Shown: positions 29,555-38,660 of the stretch, piece after piece
Position numbering within the stretch: position 1 is the stretch's first letter
Layout of the letters: each line of letters starts with the position of its first letter
From: Promethearchaeota archaeon
GTDB lineage: Archaea > Asgardarchaeota > Heimdallarchaeia > Hodarchaeales > Hodarchaeaceae
Direction: 5' to 3'
DNA: 64,000 nt
NCBI GenBank assembly: GCA_048938105.1
Contig: JBHLMN010000017.1
Coordinates: 32,001-96,000 of the forward strand
Made by a program: the position numbers and the translations under genes
The notes under the pieces: generated by a model
Told to the model about the DNA's origin: nothing
The model's input: only the letters and a program-made list of their open reading frames with translations
The model's database searches: none

Positions 29555-30631
29555 ATGAAATCAACAGAATTACATAAAGTCGAAATTGAAGGTCAGACGG
29601 TTTTCTTTAAATCATCAGAGACTATGGAGGAGATTCCGTCTGAAACTATAACCTTAATTATAACTTCCCCACCCTATTGGAATGTTCGAGATTATGGGGG
29701 AGAACAGATAGGTTTTGGCCAAAGTTATCAGAGCTATATTAGATCGCTAAACAAAGTTTGGACCGAGTGCCTTCGGGTTTTACAACCCAATGGGAAAATC
29801 GCGATCAATATACAACCACTACCAATTGAAAGTACGCGCTCTGGATTTGATCGACGTATAATTCAGAACATAATGTGGGATATTGAGAAATTCATGAAAA
29901 AAAATGGTTTATATCTCTCTGGGATGCATTATTGGGATAAATCTGAATATGTTTCAAACGTATCATGGGGCAGCTATCCTAAGCCAACAAATATTGCTTC
30001 TAATACTGGTTTTGAGCAAATATTTGTTTGGGTTAAACCTGGTAAAACACGTACAATACCAAAGGAAGTCATGACTCAAAGTGTTCTTTCAAAAAGTGAA
30101 TGGCGTCATTGGGCCGTTCGCTGTATCTGGGATGATATTGCTCCTGTTTTTAAAATTGATTCTAAGGGACAGAACCGCTTTGGGCATTCAGCACCGTTTC
30201 CTGAAGACATTCCTTTTCGACTGATTCGAATGCACACCGCAGTAGGGGAAACCGTTCTAGATCCCTTTTTAGGTTCAGGAACTACTCTCAAAATGTGTCG
30301 AATAACATCAAGAAGAGGATTAGGATATGAAATCAATGCTGATTATGCTGAGTTAATTCGCAATAGAATTATGGAAGAATGGAACCCCCCTGCTATCGAA
30401 GCACAGTACAAAGTCTTTGGAACAACGCAATTCTTTAGAATTATGAAGTTCATTCATAAATGCTCAAAAGAAGATCCGACAATAACCTTTGATTCACTCG
30501 TAGAAGAATTATATCGTTCTTTTCCTGAAAAAATAACAAAATCATGGACTAATCATCTCAGAAACCTTAAAAAAACACAATCGGATGCAAAATTCCCCGA
30601 TAGGATAGTTCTTGATAAATACTTCGATTAA
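29555..30631 (+). CDS. Beta-class DNA amino-methyltransferase (likely m4C), orphan
   Basis: ITSPPY catalytic motif precedes HSAPFP and VLDPFLGSGTT SAM motif. Confidence 0.9.
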   Translation: MKSTELHKVEIEGQTVFFKSSETMEEIPSETITLIITSPPYWNVRDYGGEQIGFGQSYQSYIRSLNKVWTECLRVLQPNGKIAINIQPLPIESTRSGFDRRIIQNIMWDIEKFMKKNGLYLSGMHYWDKSEYVSNVSWGSYPKPTNIASNTGFEQIFVWVKPGKTRTIPKEVMTQSVLSKSEWRHWAVRCIWDDIAPVFKIDSKGQNRFGHSAPFPEDIPFRLIRMHTAVGETVLDPFLGSGTTLKMCRITSRRGLGYEINADYAELIRNRIMEEWNPPAIEAQYKVFGTTQFFRIMKFIHKCSKEDPTITFDSLVEELYRSFPEKITKSWTNHLRNLKKTQSDAKFPDRIVLDKYFD

Positions 30632-30635
30632 AATG

Positions 30636-31049
30636 TTATGTTTCTTCTTTCTGATTCTTTTGTTTCAGAACTTGTGTCTGAAGTTGTTGAATGCGATCTA
30701 TTTCCGATAATAAAGTACGAATGCTCGTTGGTTTTGTAAAAAAACCAATAGCTCCAGCTTCAAAAGCTTCTTTCTCAACCCTTTTTTCTGCACTAACAAA
30801 TAACACCTTAGCATCTGGTGTTTTTTTCAATATTTCCTTCATGGCTACTAAACCATCTAGCACTGGCATCCGATAATCCATGATAATGATATCTGGTTTT
30901 ATCGGGAGTTCGGAAAATTTTTGAATCGCTTCTTTGCCGTTACTTGCGCTGTCCACGACATCATGACCTTCCATCATCAAGAGCTTTGTATAAATCATTA
31001 GAAGGTCTTTTTCGTCATCGACAAGAAGGATTCTCGCCATACTCATCAT
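30636..31049 (-). CDS. Single-domain response regulator (REC)
   Basis: ILLVDDE, DIIIMDYRMP, VSA, FFTKP. Confidence 0.92.
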   Translation of the reverse strand: MMSMARILLVDDEKDLLMIYTKLLMMEGHDVVDSASNGKEAIQKFSELPIKPDIIIMDYRMPVLDGLVAMKEILKKTPDAKVLFVSAEKRVEKEAFEAGAIGFFTKPTSIRTLLSEIDRIQQLQTQVLKQKNQKEET

Positions 31050-31403
31050 ATCATTACTTTATATGAAAAATTGAGATTTCACTTAATTAAATCATATTTC
31101 TATTGTTTTTGAGTTTCAGACATAAGAAAGATTGATAAGTTACATTAGTACTTTTTTAATAGCTATTTCTTATAACTTAAAGAGTTTCTCTAATTAATAC
31201 AAAATTCGAATAATCAAAGTTTCACGAGCAGTCTTAAATGAGGAGTTCCATATATTGATTCATTTTTTTAGCGTTTTCTTTATATTTATAACCAAATTTC
31301 ATAAATAAAAATGTAGTTTTAGAATTTGTTAACGAGGCAATAGCTAATCATATCTTTAGAAAAACTCAACAACTAAGATATTTACAAGAATTAGGTTTGT
31401 TGA

Positions 31404-32012
31404 TTACAGTAGATCGAGTGCATCTTTTAGCTGTTCTTTTTCTTCTTCAGTTAATCCAGCCTCACTGGGAATTAACAAGTCAACTTCAGCTAATTTCATT
31501 GAAATTGCGAGAGAACGTTCTAGATAATATTGCGCCTTATCTTCCATCTTTTTATGTTTGTAGGCTGTACTAATTATGTACATTGATGTCGCAATACCCT
31601 TCTCATATCCGAGATCTTCTGTAACAATAAGAGCTTCTTCAGTAAGATCAAAGGATCTAATAAAATCCTTTTTCTCCATTGCTAACACCCAAGCTAAATT
31701 CAAAAGAGCCTCGGCAACTCCTTTCTTATAATTATGGGCGCGGGCTAATGCTAATGACTCTGCTGTTGTCTCTAAAAATTCATTAAAGGAATTATTCTTC
31801 CATTGCAGAATTCCAAGTGAATTCCGGATATTAACCTCAGGCTGTACAAAATCAAGCTTTGTTGCTTCATCTAATTTACTTTGAAGGAGATTGATTGCTT
31901 TCCCATAGTTACCATCTTCAGCCAAAGCAGAAGCTTTCTTAATTGCGTCTTGAAATTTCGATAAAATTTTGGGATCAATTGTCGAAGCTTCTTCTTTAGC
32001 CATTTTCCTCAC
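31404..32012 (-). CDS. TPR protein
   Basis: Repeated helical pairs (NSLG..., KKGVAEALLNLA, EKGIATSMY..., YLERSLAI). Confidence 0.8.
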   Translation of the reverse strand: MRKMAKEEASTIDPKILSKFQDAIKKASALAEDGNYGKAINLLQSKLDEATKLDFVQPEVNIRNSLGILQWKNNSFNEFLETTAESLALARAHNYKKGVAEALLNLAWVLAMEKKDFIRSFDLTEEALIVTEDLGYEKGIATSMYIISTAYKHKKMEDKAQYYLERSLAISMKLAEVDLLIPSEAGLTEEEKEQLKDALDLL

Positions 32013-32284
32013 TATATTCGTTTTATAGCGTTTTTAGGGGAAATAACCTTTGAGACAAAAGCTATGATAATATTATTACTATTTACTTCATAGTAAATAA
32101 GCGCATAGTAATTATTACCTTTTATTAGCCCTTTGTTTTTATTTCTTTCTTGAGAAGGAAAAACACTTCACATAAAATTTCAATATTAGTTATGACTAAT
32201 TAACCTTACCATAATGCATACTTAACTCAATGCCATAAAAGAGAATAAGATGTTGAGAATCTCAAGACATGTTTTGGGAATATA

Positions 32285-33007
32285 ATGAAGTGTGAAGGAA
32301 CCTATTGTAAAGCCAGATTTAAGGAACGTACAAACCGATTTCTAGCACGGGTCGAAATTCAATCTTCAACGCAACCAGATAAACTTATAGATGCACATGT
32401 ACCAGATCCAGGCAGACTGAAGGAATTACTTCTACCAGGTGTTCAGGTAATCCTACGAAAATGTTTCAATAGTACACGAAAGACTAAGTATTCGTTAATT
32501 GGCATCAAAAAAGGTAGAATCTGGATTAATATTGACTCTTTCATTACAAATCGGTTGTTTCATGAGGAATATACTGTCATTTCAAGCCTCCAAAAATATC
32601 GAGTTCTTCAGGCTGAATATACGTTTAGAAATAGTAGATTTGATTTTTTAATGGTTAATGTTGATACTCATCAAAAAGCGTTGATTGAAGTTAAGAGTGT
32701 TACACTTGTCAAAAACGGTGTAGGACTTTTTCCTGATGCACCAACAACCAGGGGAGTGAAACACGTCAATGATTTAGTTAGAGCTGTTGAGACCGAAGAA
32801 TATCAATCATTCATGATTTTTATCATTAAAAGGAATGATGTTCTCGCTTTTAAACCAAATAAGGTTATAGATCCCAATTTTAATCAAGCACTAAATACCG
32901 CCATTCAAAGAGGAGTCCATGTATGTGCCGTAAAATGTTTTTATGACCCAATTTCAGCTCAAGAAGTGAAAATTCTTGATGAAGTTCCAGTAACTTGGGA
33001 TAATTGA
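32285..33007 (+). CDS. sfsA: SfsA family DNA/RNA nuclease
   Basis: RTNRF, HVPDPGRLKELL, SRFDF, IEVKSVTL, FPDAPTTRG.KH. Confidence 0.93.
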   Translation: MKCEGTYCKARFKERTNRFLARVEIQSSTQPDKLIDAHVPDPGRLKELLLPGVQVILRKCFNSTRKTKYSLIGIKKGRIWINIDSFITNRLFHEEYTVISSLQKYRVLQAEYTFRNSRFDFLMVNVDTHQKALIEVKSVTLVKNGVGLFPDAPTTRGVKHVNDLVRAVETEEYQSFMIFIIKRNDVLAFKPNKVIDPNFNQALNTAIQRGVHVCAVKCFYDPISAQEVKILDEVPVTWDN

Positions 33008-33107
33008 ATATAAATTCAATCTCATTTAGCCATCTCTCTTTTTCACATAAAAATAAGGCTTAGCAAGGCTAAAAAAATTCAAAACTAACCTTTAATGTTT
33101 TATTAAA

Positions 33108-34271
33108 GTGATTCAAATATTTATAACACCCCAAAACCCCAAGGAGGTTGGTGGTTCTTGGTTGGAATGGAACCATGTAATATTACATTGTGACCTTGAC
33201 AGTTTTTTTGCAAGTGTTCACGTTAAGAACCATCCTTTTTTACAAGGATATCCAGTTATTATTGGTGCTAATCCACAGAATGGCAACGGACGAGGTGTGG
33301 TTTCTACTTGTTCGTATGAGGCACGAAGATTTGGTCTTCATTCTGCAATGCCGATCTCACAAGCATATAAATTATGTCCCCATGGTGTATACATTTGTTC
33401 TGGAACTCCAATATCTTTTCCTCAGTATCATGAGGAATCTGAGGCGGTCATGTCATGTCTGCGAAAATATGGTGACAAATTTCAACAGGCAGGGTTGGAT
33501 GAAGCTTATATTGATGCAACAAACTCATGGCAAGCTTATGGGTCCTCTCCACAATCGATTGCTAAAGCTATTCAGGCAGAAATTCAAGAAAAATTATCAT
33601 TACCAGTATCAATAGGAGTAGCAGAGACTAAATCTATTGCAAAGATAGCTTCTGATCTAAATAAACCTAATGGCATTACTCTTGTTCACAATTGTGAATT
33701 AGAAGAGAAAATTTATCCTTTACCTGTTCGAAAAATCGTAGGTGTGGGAAAAAAAACTGAAAAACGATTACATAAAAAAGGGATAAGAACTATTAGAGAC
33801 ATTGCTACCATGTCTCGAGAAAAAGCTTTTGTCCTTCTTGGAGAACATGGACTATATTTAAGGAAAGTTGCTCAAGGAACCAATTATAAAGAAGTGGGAT
33901 ACACTAGGGGGACGCGAAAATCGATTAGTTCTGAAAGAACCTTTGGAACAGATCAAAGCGATTGGAATCTTATTGATTCAAAAGTGAAAAACATTATTTC
34001 TAGACTAACAGAAAGACTCCACAAGAACAACCTTATGACCCGAACTATATCAGTCAAAATACGGTTTCAAGGGTATGAGACTTATACTAGGAGTTCAAGT
34101 TTCAATAATTTTTTGGCTGATGAAAAAGTCATTTACAATACTGCGATCAAACTCCTTGATGAATTTCGATCCTCAATAAAAAAAGTGCGATTAATAGGCG
34201 TTCGAGTGGCAACATTGAAAAGTAAGCAAAGACAACTCACATTAATGCCATTTTTAAGTCACAGAGCTTAG
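33108..34271 (+). CDS. dinB: Y-family DNA polymerase IV (start may be TTG at 33162)
   Basis: HCDLDSFFASV, GVVSTCSYEAR.FG.HSAMP, LDEAY, AKIASDLNKPNG, VRLIGV. Confidence 0.95.
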   Translation: MIQIFITPQNPKEVGGSWLEWNHVILHCDLDSFFASVHVKNHPFLQGYPVIIGANPQNGNGRGVVSTCSYEARRFGLHSAMPISQAYKLCPHGVYICSGTPISFPQYHEESEAVMSCLRKYGDKFQQAGLDEAYIDATNSWQAYGSSPQSIAKAIQAEIQEKLSLPVSIGVAETKSIAKIASDLNKPNGITLVHNCELEEKIYPLPVRKIVGVGKKTEKRLHKKGIRTIRDIATMSREKAFVLLGEHGLYLRKVAQGTNYKEVGYTRGTRKSISSERTFGTDQSDWNLIDSKVKNIISRLTERLHKNNLMTRTISVKIRFQGYETYTRSSSFNNFLADEKVIYNTAIKLLDEFRSSIKKVRLIGVRVATLKSKQRQLTLMPFLSHRA

Positions 34272-34424
34272 ATTGAGAAGTTATTAAGTGAGGATTGATT
34301 ATTCTACAAAGTTAATTCTTAATTATATGAAAAAAGAATAAGCGAAGATTAAAAAAAGAATAAGAGAAAAATAATGCAAGTATCTGAGAATAAATAATAT
34401 CACATGATGTAGGAATGATTCCTA

Positions 34425-35978
34425 ATGGGTGTATACAAGCTTACTTCTATGACAAGAAAAACGAAGATTATCTTTTTCTGCCTTATTTGGTTTTTTTCTG
34501 CGATATGTGCCATTGTTGGCACAATATTCATAGCAACCGCAGTCATTCTCCCGCAGACACCTTATGATATTGAACCAAGTGATATTGTGGGCCAAATAAG
34601 ACAACAAATGGGGCCTTTTCAGTCTCTTGCTTATTTTAATCCCGATACAGAAGAGTTCTTTTGGGGTGTTACAATTGAGGAAGGAGTAGAGGAATACCAA
34701 TTATACAATGAATTTCAGAAACCTATTGGACCTCTTAAACCATGGTTCTTAGTGGAAGTGCATCTGAATGGAACTGTCTTTTACATTCATGACCCAGGCA
34801 TCCTCGTTTTTGAATTATTTAATGGTACATTCTATGAAGTAAACGCCGAGCGAGGACAACTGAAGGTAGATATCTCAAGGAAACAACTTACCTTAAGTTA
34901 TCAACCAGGGGATCAATTCAAAATTAACCGTAGATCTATTGATAATACAGAAACCATTGGAGAAGATAAAGAAAAAGTTGAAATTATTGGGACTTATTTT
35001 ATTGTAAGAAATCGTGGTTTGGTCTCTTGGTTTCAGCAAATTCTCAGAGCATTATGGGAGTATTCTTGGGAGGCATTTTTATTATATGGGCGAATTATAC
35101 TCGTTACTGTGGCGATTGGGGGAGGTGCAGGAATAATATTTGCCTTTTTTCTCATTATAACACGTTTATCTAAACTCTTTGGAGGCAAGTACTTAACATT
35201 TGTAATATTAAGAGCGTTAAATGGAAAACTAGGAAAGATCATGAGTTATATCCCAATATTCGATTTTATCGGAGATTTCTTTGTCGATGAACGTTTAATC
35301 GATGTGATCAATTTTTCTGGTATCCGACCTACCCTTTCAGAGTTGTATAAACAAAGATGGTATGATATCTTGGTTTTTCCTACAGCTTTGGCTTCAATTC
35401 TCACAATCTTTTTTGTACAATATTATCCTGGCGAAAATAAAACGGATGCTCTCATTTTAAGCCCTCTATTGACTCCTATAGTGTTGATCCTCATTTTGTT
35501 TTATTACCCATTGATTTTTGCTTTTAATGAAGGAGGCTTTAAACGTATGCAAATAAGCTCCCAAGGTGACATCATTGCGGTGAAACCTCTAGGAAACATT
35601 TTGAGAGATGGTCTTGGCATTGTGATTGGATTTTCAGGGATTTTATCCTTAGGAGCGTTGGCTTATGAGATCAATGCAAGCGCTGCACTCCAAGCAACGA
35701 CCACTGGCCAAATACAGGTTGCTGGTTTCAGTTTTGATATCTTTAGTATACTTTTACTTGTATTATGGACATTAGGTTTATTTTTCATCCTCTTAGGATC
35801 GTCTTTTGTTGGAGCATCAATACTAGCCGTCAACTACTTACAATCCTCCCACTTAGACACGATTCAATATCTTAGAACGAAATCAGAGGAAAAAGGCGTA
35901 GTTACTAATTGGGGATCAGTTAATTATCAATTTAGTCCAGTACCTACAAAAGCTATATTTGAAAAAACAGAGAGCTGA
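34425..35978 (+). CDS. Multi-pass membrane protein with ~180 aa extracytoplasmic domain, unknown function
   Basis: N-terminal TM, beta-rich soluble region, then 5-6 TM segments. Confidence 0.7.
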   Translation: MGVYKLTSMTRKTKIIFFCLIWFFSAICAIVGTIFIATAVILPQTPYDIEPSDIVGQIRQQMGPFQSLAYFNPDTEEFFWGVTIEEGVEEYQLYNEFQKPIGPLKPWFLVEVHLNGTVFYIHDPGILVFELFNGTFYEVNAERGQLKVDISRKQLTLSYQPGDQFKINRRSIDNTETIGEDKEKVEIIGTYFIVRNRGLVSWFQQILRALWEYSWEAFLLYGRIILVTVAIGGGAGIIFAFFLIITRLSKLFGGKYLTFVILRALNGKLGKIMSYIPIFDFIGDFFVDERLIDVINFSGIRPTLSELYKQRWYDILVFPTALASILTIFFVQYYPGENKTDALILSPLLTPIVLILILFYYPLIFAFNEGGFKRMQISSQGDIIAVKPLGNILRDGLGIVIGFSGILSLGALAYEINASAALQATTTGQIQVAGFSFDIFSILLLVLWTLGLFFILLGSSFVGASILAVNYLQSSHLDTIQYLRTKSEEKGVVTNWGSVNYQFSPVPTKAIFEKTES

Positions 35979-36066
35979 ATTTTATTAGAGTACAAGATGA
36001 CTTAATATCAACTTATAACCTAGTCATCATATATCTTTGGAGATATATGTGCATAGGGAATAAATC

Positions 36067-36600
36067 GTGATCTCTAAAGATGAAATTCGTGAGTTTCAAG
36101 AAGAATATAACTCTATTGATATAGAAGACTATTCGGGGTTATTTAAACTCATTATTAGAATAGTTCGACGATTCTTAGACAAATCCCGACCTGGAATCAT
36201 GCTAGGATTAGTAGAATTGGGATATGATCAAGGTAATTTTGTTGGGGGCTTTCATCGTTTAGGAACGAACGAGGTGTATCTGAATAAGTCAGCTCTCCGT
36301 GTCATGCGTAAGGAAACTTCAGAGGATCTCTATAAAGCCTACCTCTTTCACTTGTTACTTCATGAGTATATTCACTCAAATAATTTCGTTGATGAAACTG
36401 AAACTCGTCAATTAACTAAAAATATCTCCCTAGCCATCTTTGAGAAACACCATCCCGTTGGAAGGTTAACTATCTTCGGTTTAGGGGCTTTTTTTCCATA
36501 TACATTTCGCCAAGAACGTTATATGCCTACCAGACAAGAAATGGTTAATCCAGAGTATATCTTGCTGCGACACCCAGATAGTGAGTTTACTTATATCTAG
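36067..36600 (+). CDS. Small zincin-like protein
   Basis: LLLHEYIH (HExxH) followed by DE.ETR; VGGFH strand. Confidence 0.7.
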   Translation: MISKDEIREFQEEYNSIDIEDYSGLFKLIIRIVRRFLDKSRPGIMLGLVELGYDQGNFVGGFHRLGTNEVYLNKSALRVMRKETSEDLYKAYLFHLLLHEYIHSNNFVDETETRQLTKNISLAIFEKHHPVGRLTIFGLGAFFPYTFRQERYMPTRQEMVNPEYILLRHPDSEFTYI

Positions 36601-36669
36601 AGAGTAAAAATTTAAATCCTTATAAGAATTAGTCACTTAACAACAGTCACAAGAAGGAGCTGATTATCC

Positions 36670-36897
36670 ATGAAAAAAATAGGTGGCTTAGCAAAAGGGG
36701 TTGGAAAGGAAGCGATGTCTACAGCAATGAACACAGCAGTAAAAGAGATTCTAGAAGAAACTGGAGCTAAGGAAATCGCCAAAGATAAGGCCCTTGAAGT
36801 TGGAAAGAAGATTCTAGGGGATAAAAATATCCCGACAAAGCAAAAAGTGCAAAAAGAGATTCTTAAAACCTTGATTAAGAAGGAATTAGGTCTTTAA
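36670..36897 (+). CDS. Small basic helical hypothetical protein
   Basis: 75 aa, GGAG SD upstream, Lys-rich amphipathic. Confidence 0.65.
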   Translation: MKKIGGLAKGVGKEAMSTAMNTAVKEILEETGAKEIAKDKALEVGKKILGDKNIPTKQKVQKEILKTLIKKELGL

Positions 36898-37044
36898 TTA
36901 ATACAGATTCTACATTCCTTATTTATTTTTTAATCTCTTTTAACAAAATGACAACATGACCAAAATAGACTGGAATTATTTGTTCTAAGGATATATTCTA
37001 AAAAAAGAAAGGGGGAGAGAAACAGCTTCAAAGAAAGCTAGATT

Positions 37045-38298
37045 TTATGAAGTTATCATGGTTGCTGGAGTAACTCGCTGATATTGCTTTAGCAGAAAAC
37101 CCAGTAAAATGAATGTAATAGCAATCATTCCAATCAAGCTTATAATTAAAGTCTGATTCCGTGAGAAATCAAGAACATCAAAGATTAGCGAAAGTATAAA
37201 GTATAATGAAGAGCCAACAAAAGAGATTAGAGAAGCAAATGTTGCTCGTTCATCAGATTTAAGGCGATGCTGCAATATTGTCTGTATTATCGGTGTGCGC
37301 ATCCCGCGAGTTATTTGTGCCATTAAAGACATCATAAGAATACCAAAAAGATCTGGTATCTGGACTAAGATAATCAAATATGTTCCTTCAATTAATATTA
37401 TGACAAGAAAAGTCCATAGATTTGATAGTTTGTTGACCCTCGATTGGATAAGCAGAGAAGTAGTTGCAGCACATAGATTAAATCCCGCAAGGACAAAGCC
37501 CATGACGAGAGATGTAACTAGAAATTCTTCAATTAATATATGCTGGACTGCCCAAAATGCTATTCGACTGAAGACAAGCCCTGTGAAGCTGAAGACCAGA
37601 ATAGCTTTAAGTTCAGTGTGATTTTTTAATGATTCCAGAGCATTCATGATAGCAGCTGTCGGAGTTTTCGCTTTTAATCTGGGAGGTTCAGCGTAACCCC
37701 AAAGGACTAAGCTAGCGAATATCAAATGGCCGATAGTCGCAATTATGATAGGCATTTGAATCATGGATATCGCACCGATAAAACCACCAGTAAGCGCGCC
37801 GAATGCTCCTCCAAGAAACATGATGGTCATTCGCTTGGAAACTATTTCACCAAAACGACCATTGACATCATTATCGAATGAAAGTAAGGAGTCATAAACT
37901 AAAGCGGTCTCACTTCCAGTTTGGAACGCGACTGCAATACCTGCTGTCATTTCTGCGAGAGCAAACACAAAGAAATTGTCCCCAATCGCATACAAAAACA
38001 TTGCAATACTGAATAGCACATGAAATACACTAGCACAACCTTTTCGACTCCAATAGTCTGCAAATGAACCCGATGGAACTTCTAAAATTAATATGGGGAG
38101 AACAAACAGACCTTGAAGTAATAACATCTCATGAAAACTCAGTCCAGCTCTTAACCAGACCAAGACGATCACAGGAACGATCAAGACCGTAATATCAAAT
38201 CCTGTGATTTGAAATACTCTAATATTGCGTTGACATTGAGCTCGAGTGAACTGTATATGGTAAGTTCTCTCATCTCTTTCTAGGGGCATGGAATTCAC
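37045..38298 (-). CDS. MFS transporter
   Basis: LEVPSGSFADYWSRK, GSETALVYDSL, ERAT..S. Confidence 0.88.
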   Translation of the reverse strand: MNSMPLERDERTYHIQFTRAQCQRNIRVFQITGFDITVLIVPVIVLVWLRAGLSFHEMLLLQGLFVLPILILEVPSGSFADYWSRKGCASVFHVLFSIAMFLYAIGDNFFVFALAEMTAGIAVAFQTGSETALVYDSLLSFDNDVNGRFGEIVSKRMTIMFLGGAFGALTGGFIGAISMIQMPIIIATIGHLIFASLVLWGYAEPPRLKAKTPTAAIMNALESLKNHTELKAILVFSFTGLVFSRIAFWAVQHILIEEFLVTSLVMGFVLAGFNLCAATTSLLIQSRVNKLSNLWTFLVIILIEGTYLIILVQIPDLFGILMMSLMAQITRGMRTPIIQTILQHRLKSDERATFASLISFVGSSLYFILSLIFDVLDFSRNQTLIISLIGMIAITFILLGFLLKQYQRVTPATMITS

Positions 38299-38660
38299 TT
38301 CTTATTTGTATAGTAGCTTTTAAATCACCTCTTAACTTATAAAAAAACTCTGATACTGAAATATGCTAGAAATTCCGCATATTAAATGGAATTATTCGAA
38401 GATTCAGCCAAACAATGACGAGAAAAAGCAGATGGTTGGATTTCAGTCAAATCTTCAGCAAAATTTATGCGAACACGGGGACGAGAGTGATGAGTGCCAT
38501 TGAATTAGCACAAGACATCCTATTTGAACTCGTCATTGAGATTTCCAACCATTATCTTTGATTCTGCATTTCGTTAAAAAAGCTTTCATTATTGGTAATT
38601 TTACCATTGAAGGAGGGCTAGATCATAAATAGAAGGGGAATTTGAAATATTGAAAAGTGA

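Noticed and set aside
32285-33007. SfsA as the restriction partner of the methyltransferase
   Set aside because: SfsA is a widespread stand-alone family and is separated from the MTase by two opposite-strand genes
38415-38561. 48-codon plus-strand ORF (MTRKSRWLDFSQIF...) in the intergenic gap
   Set aside because: Short, no clear SD and no recognisable motif
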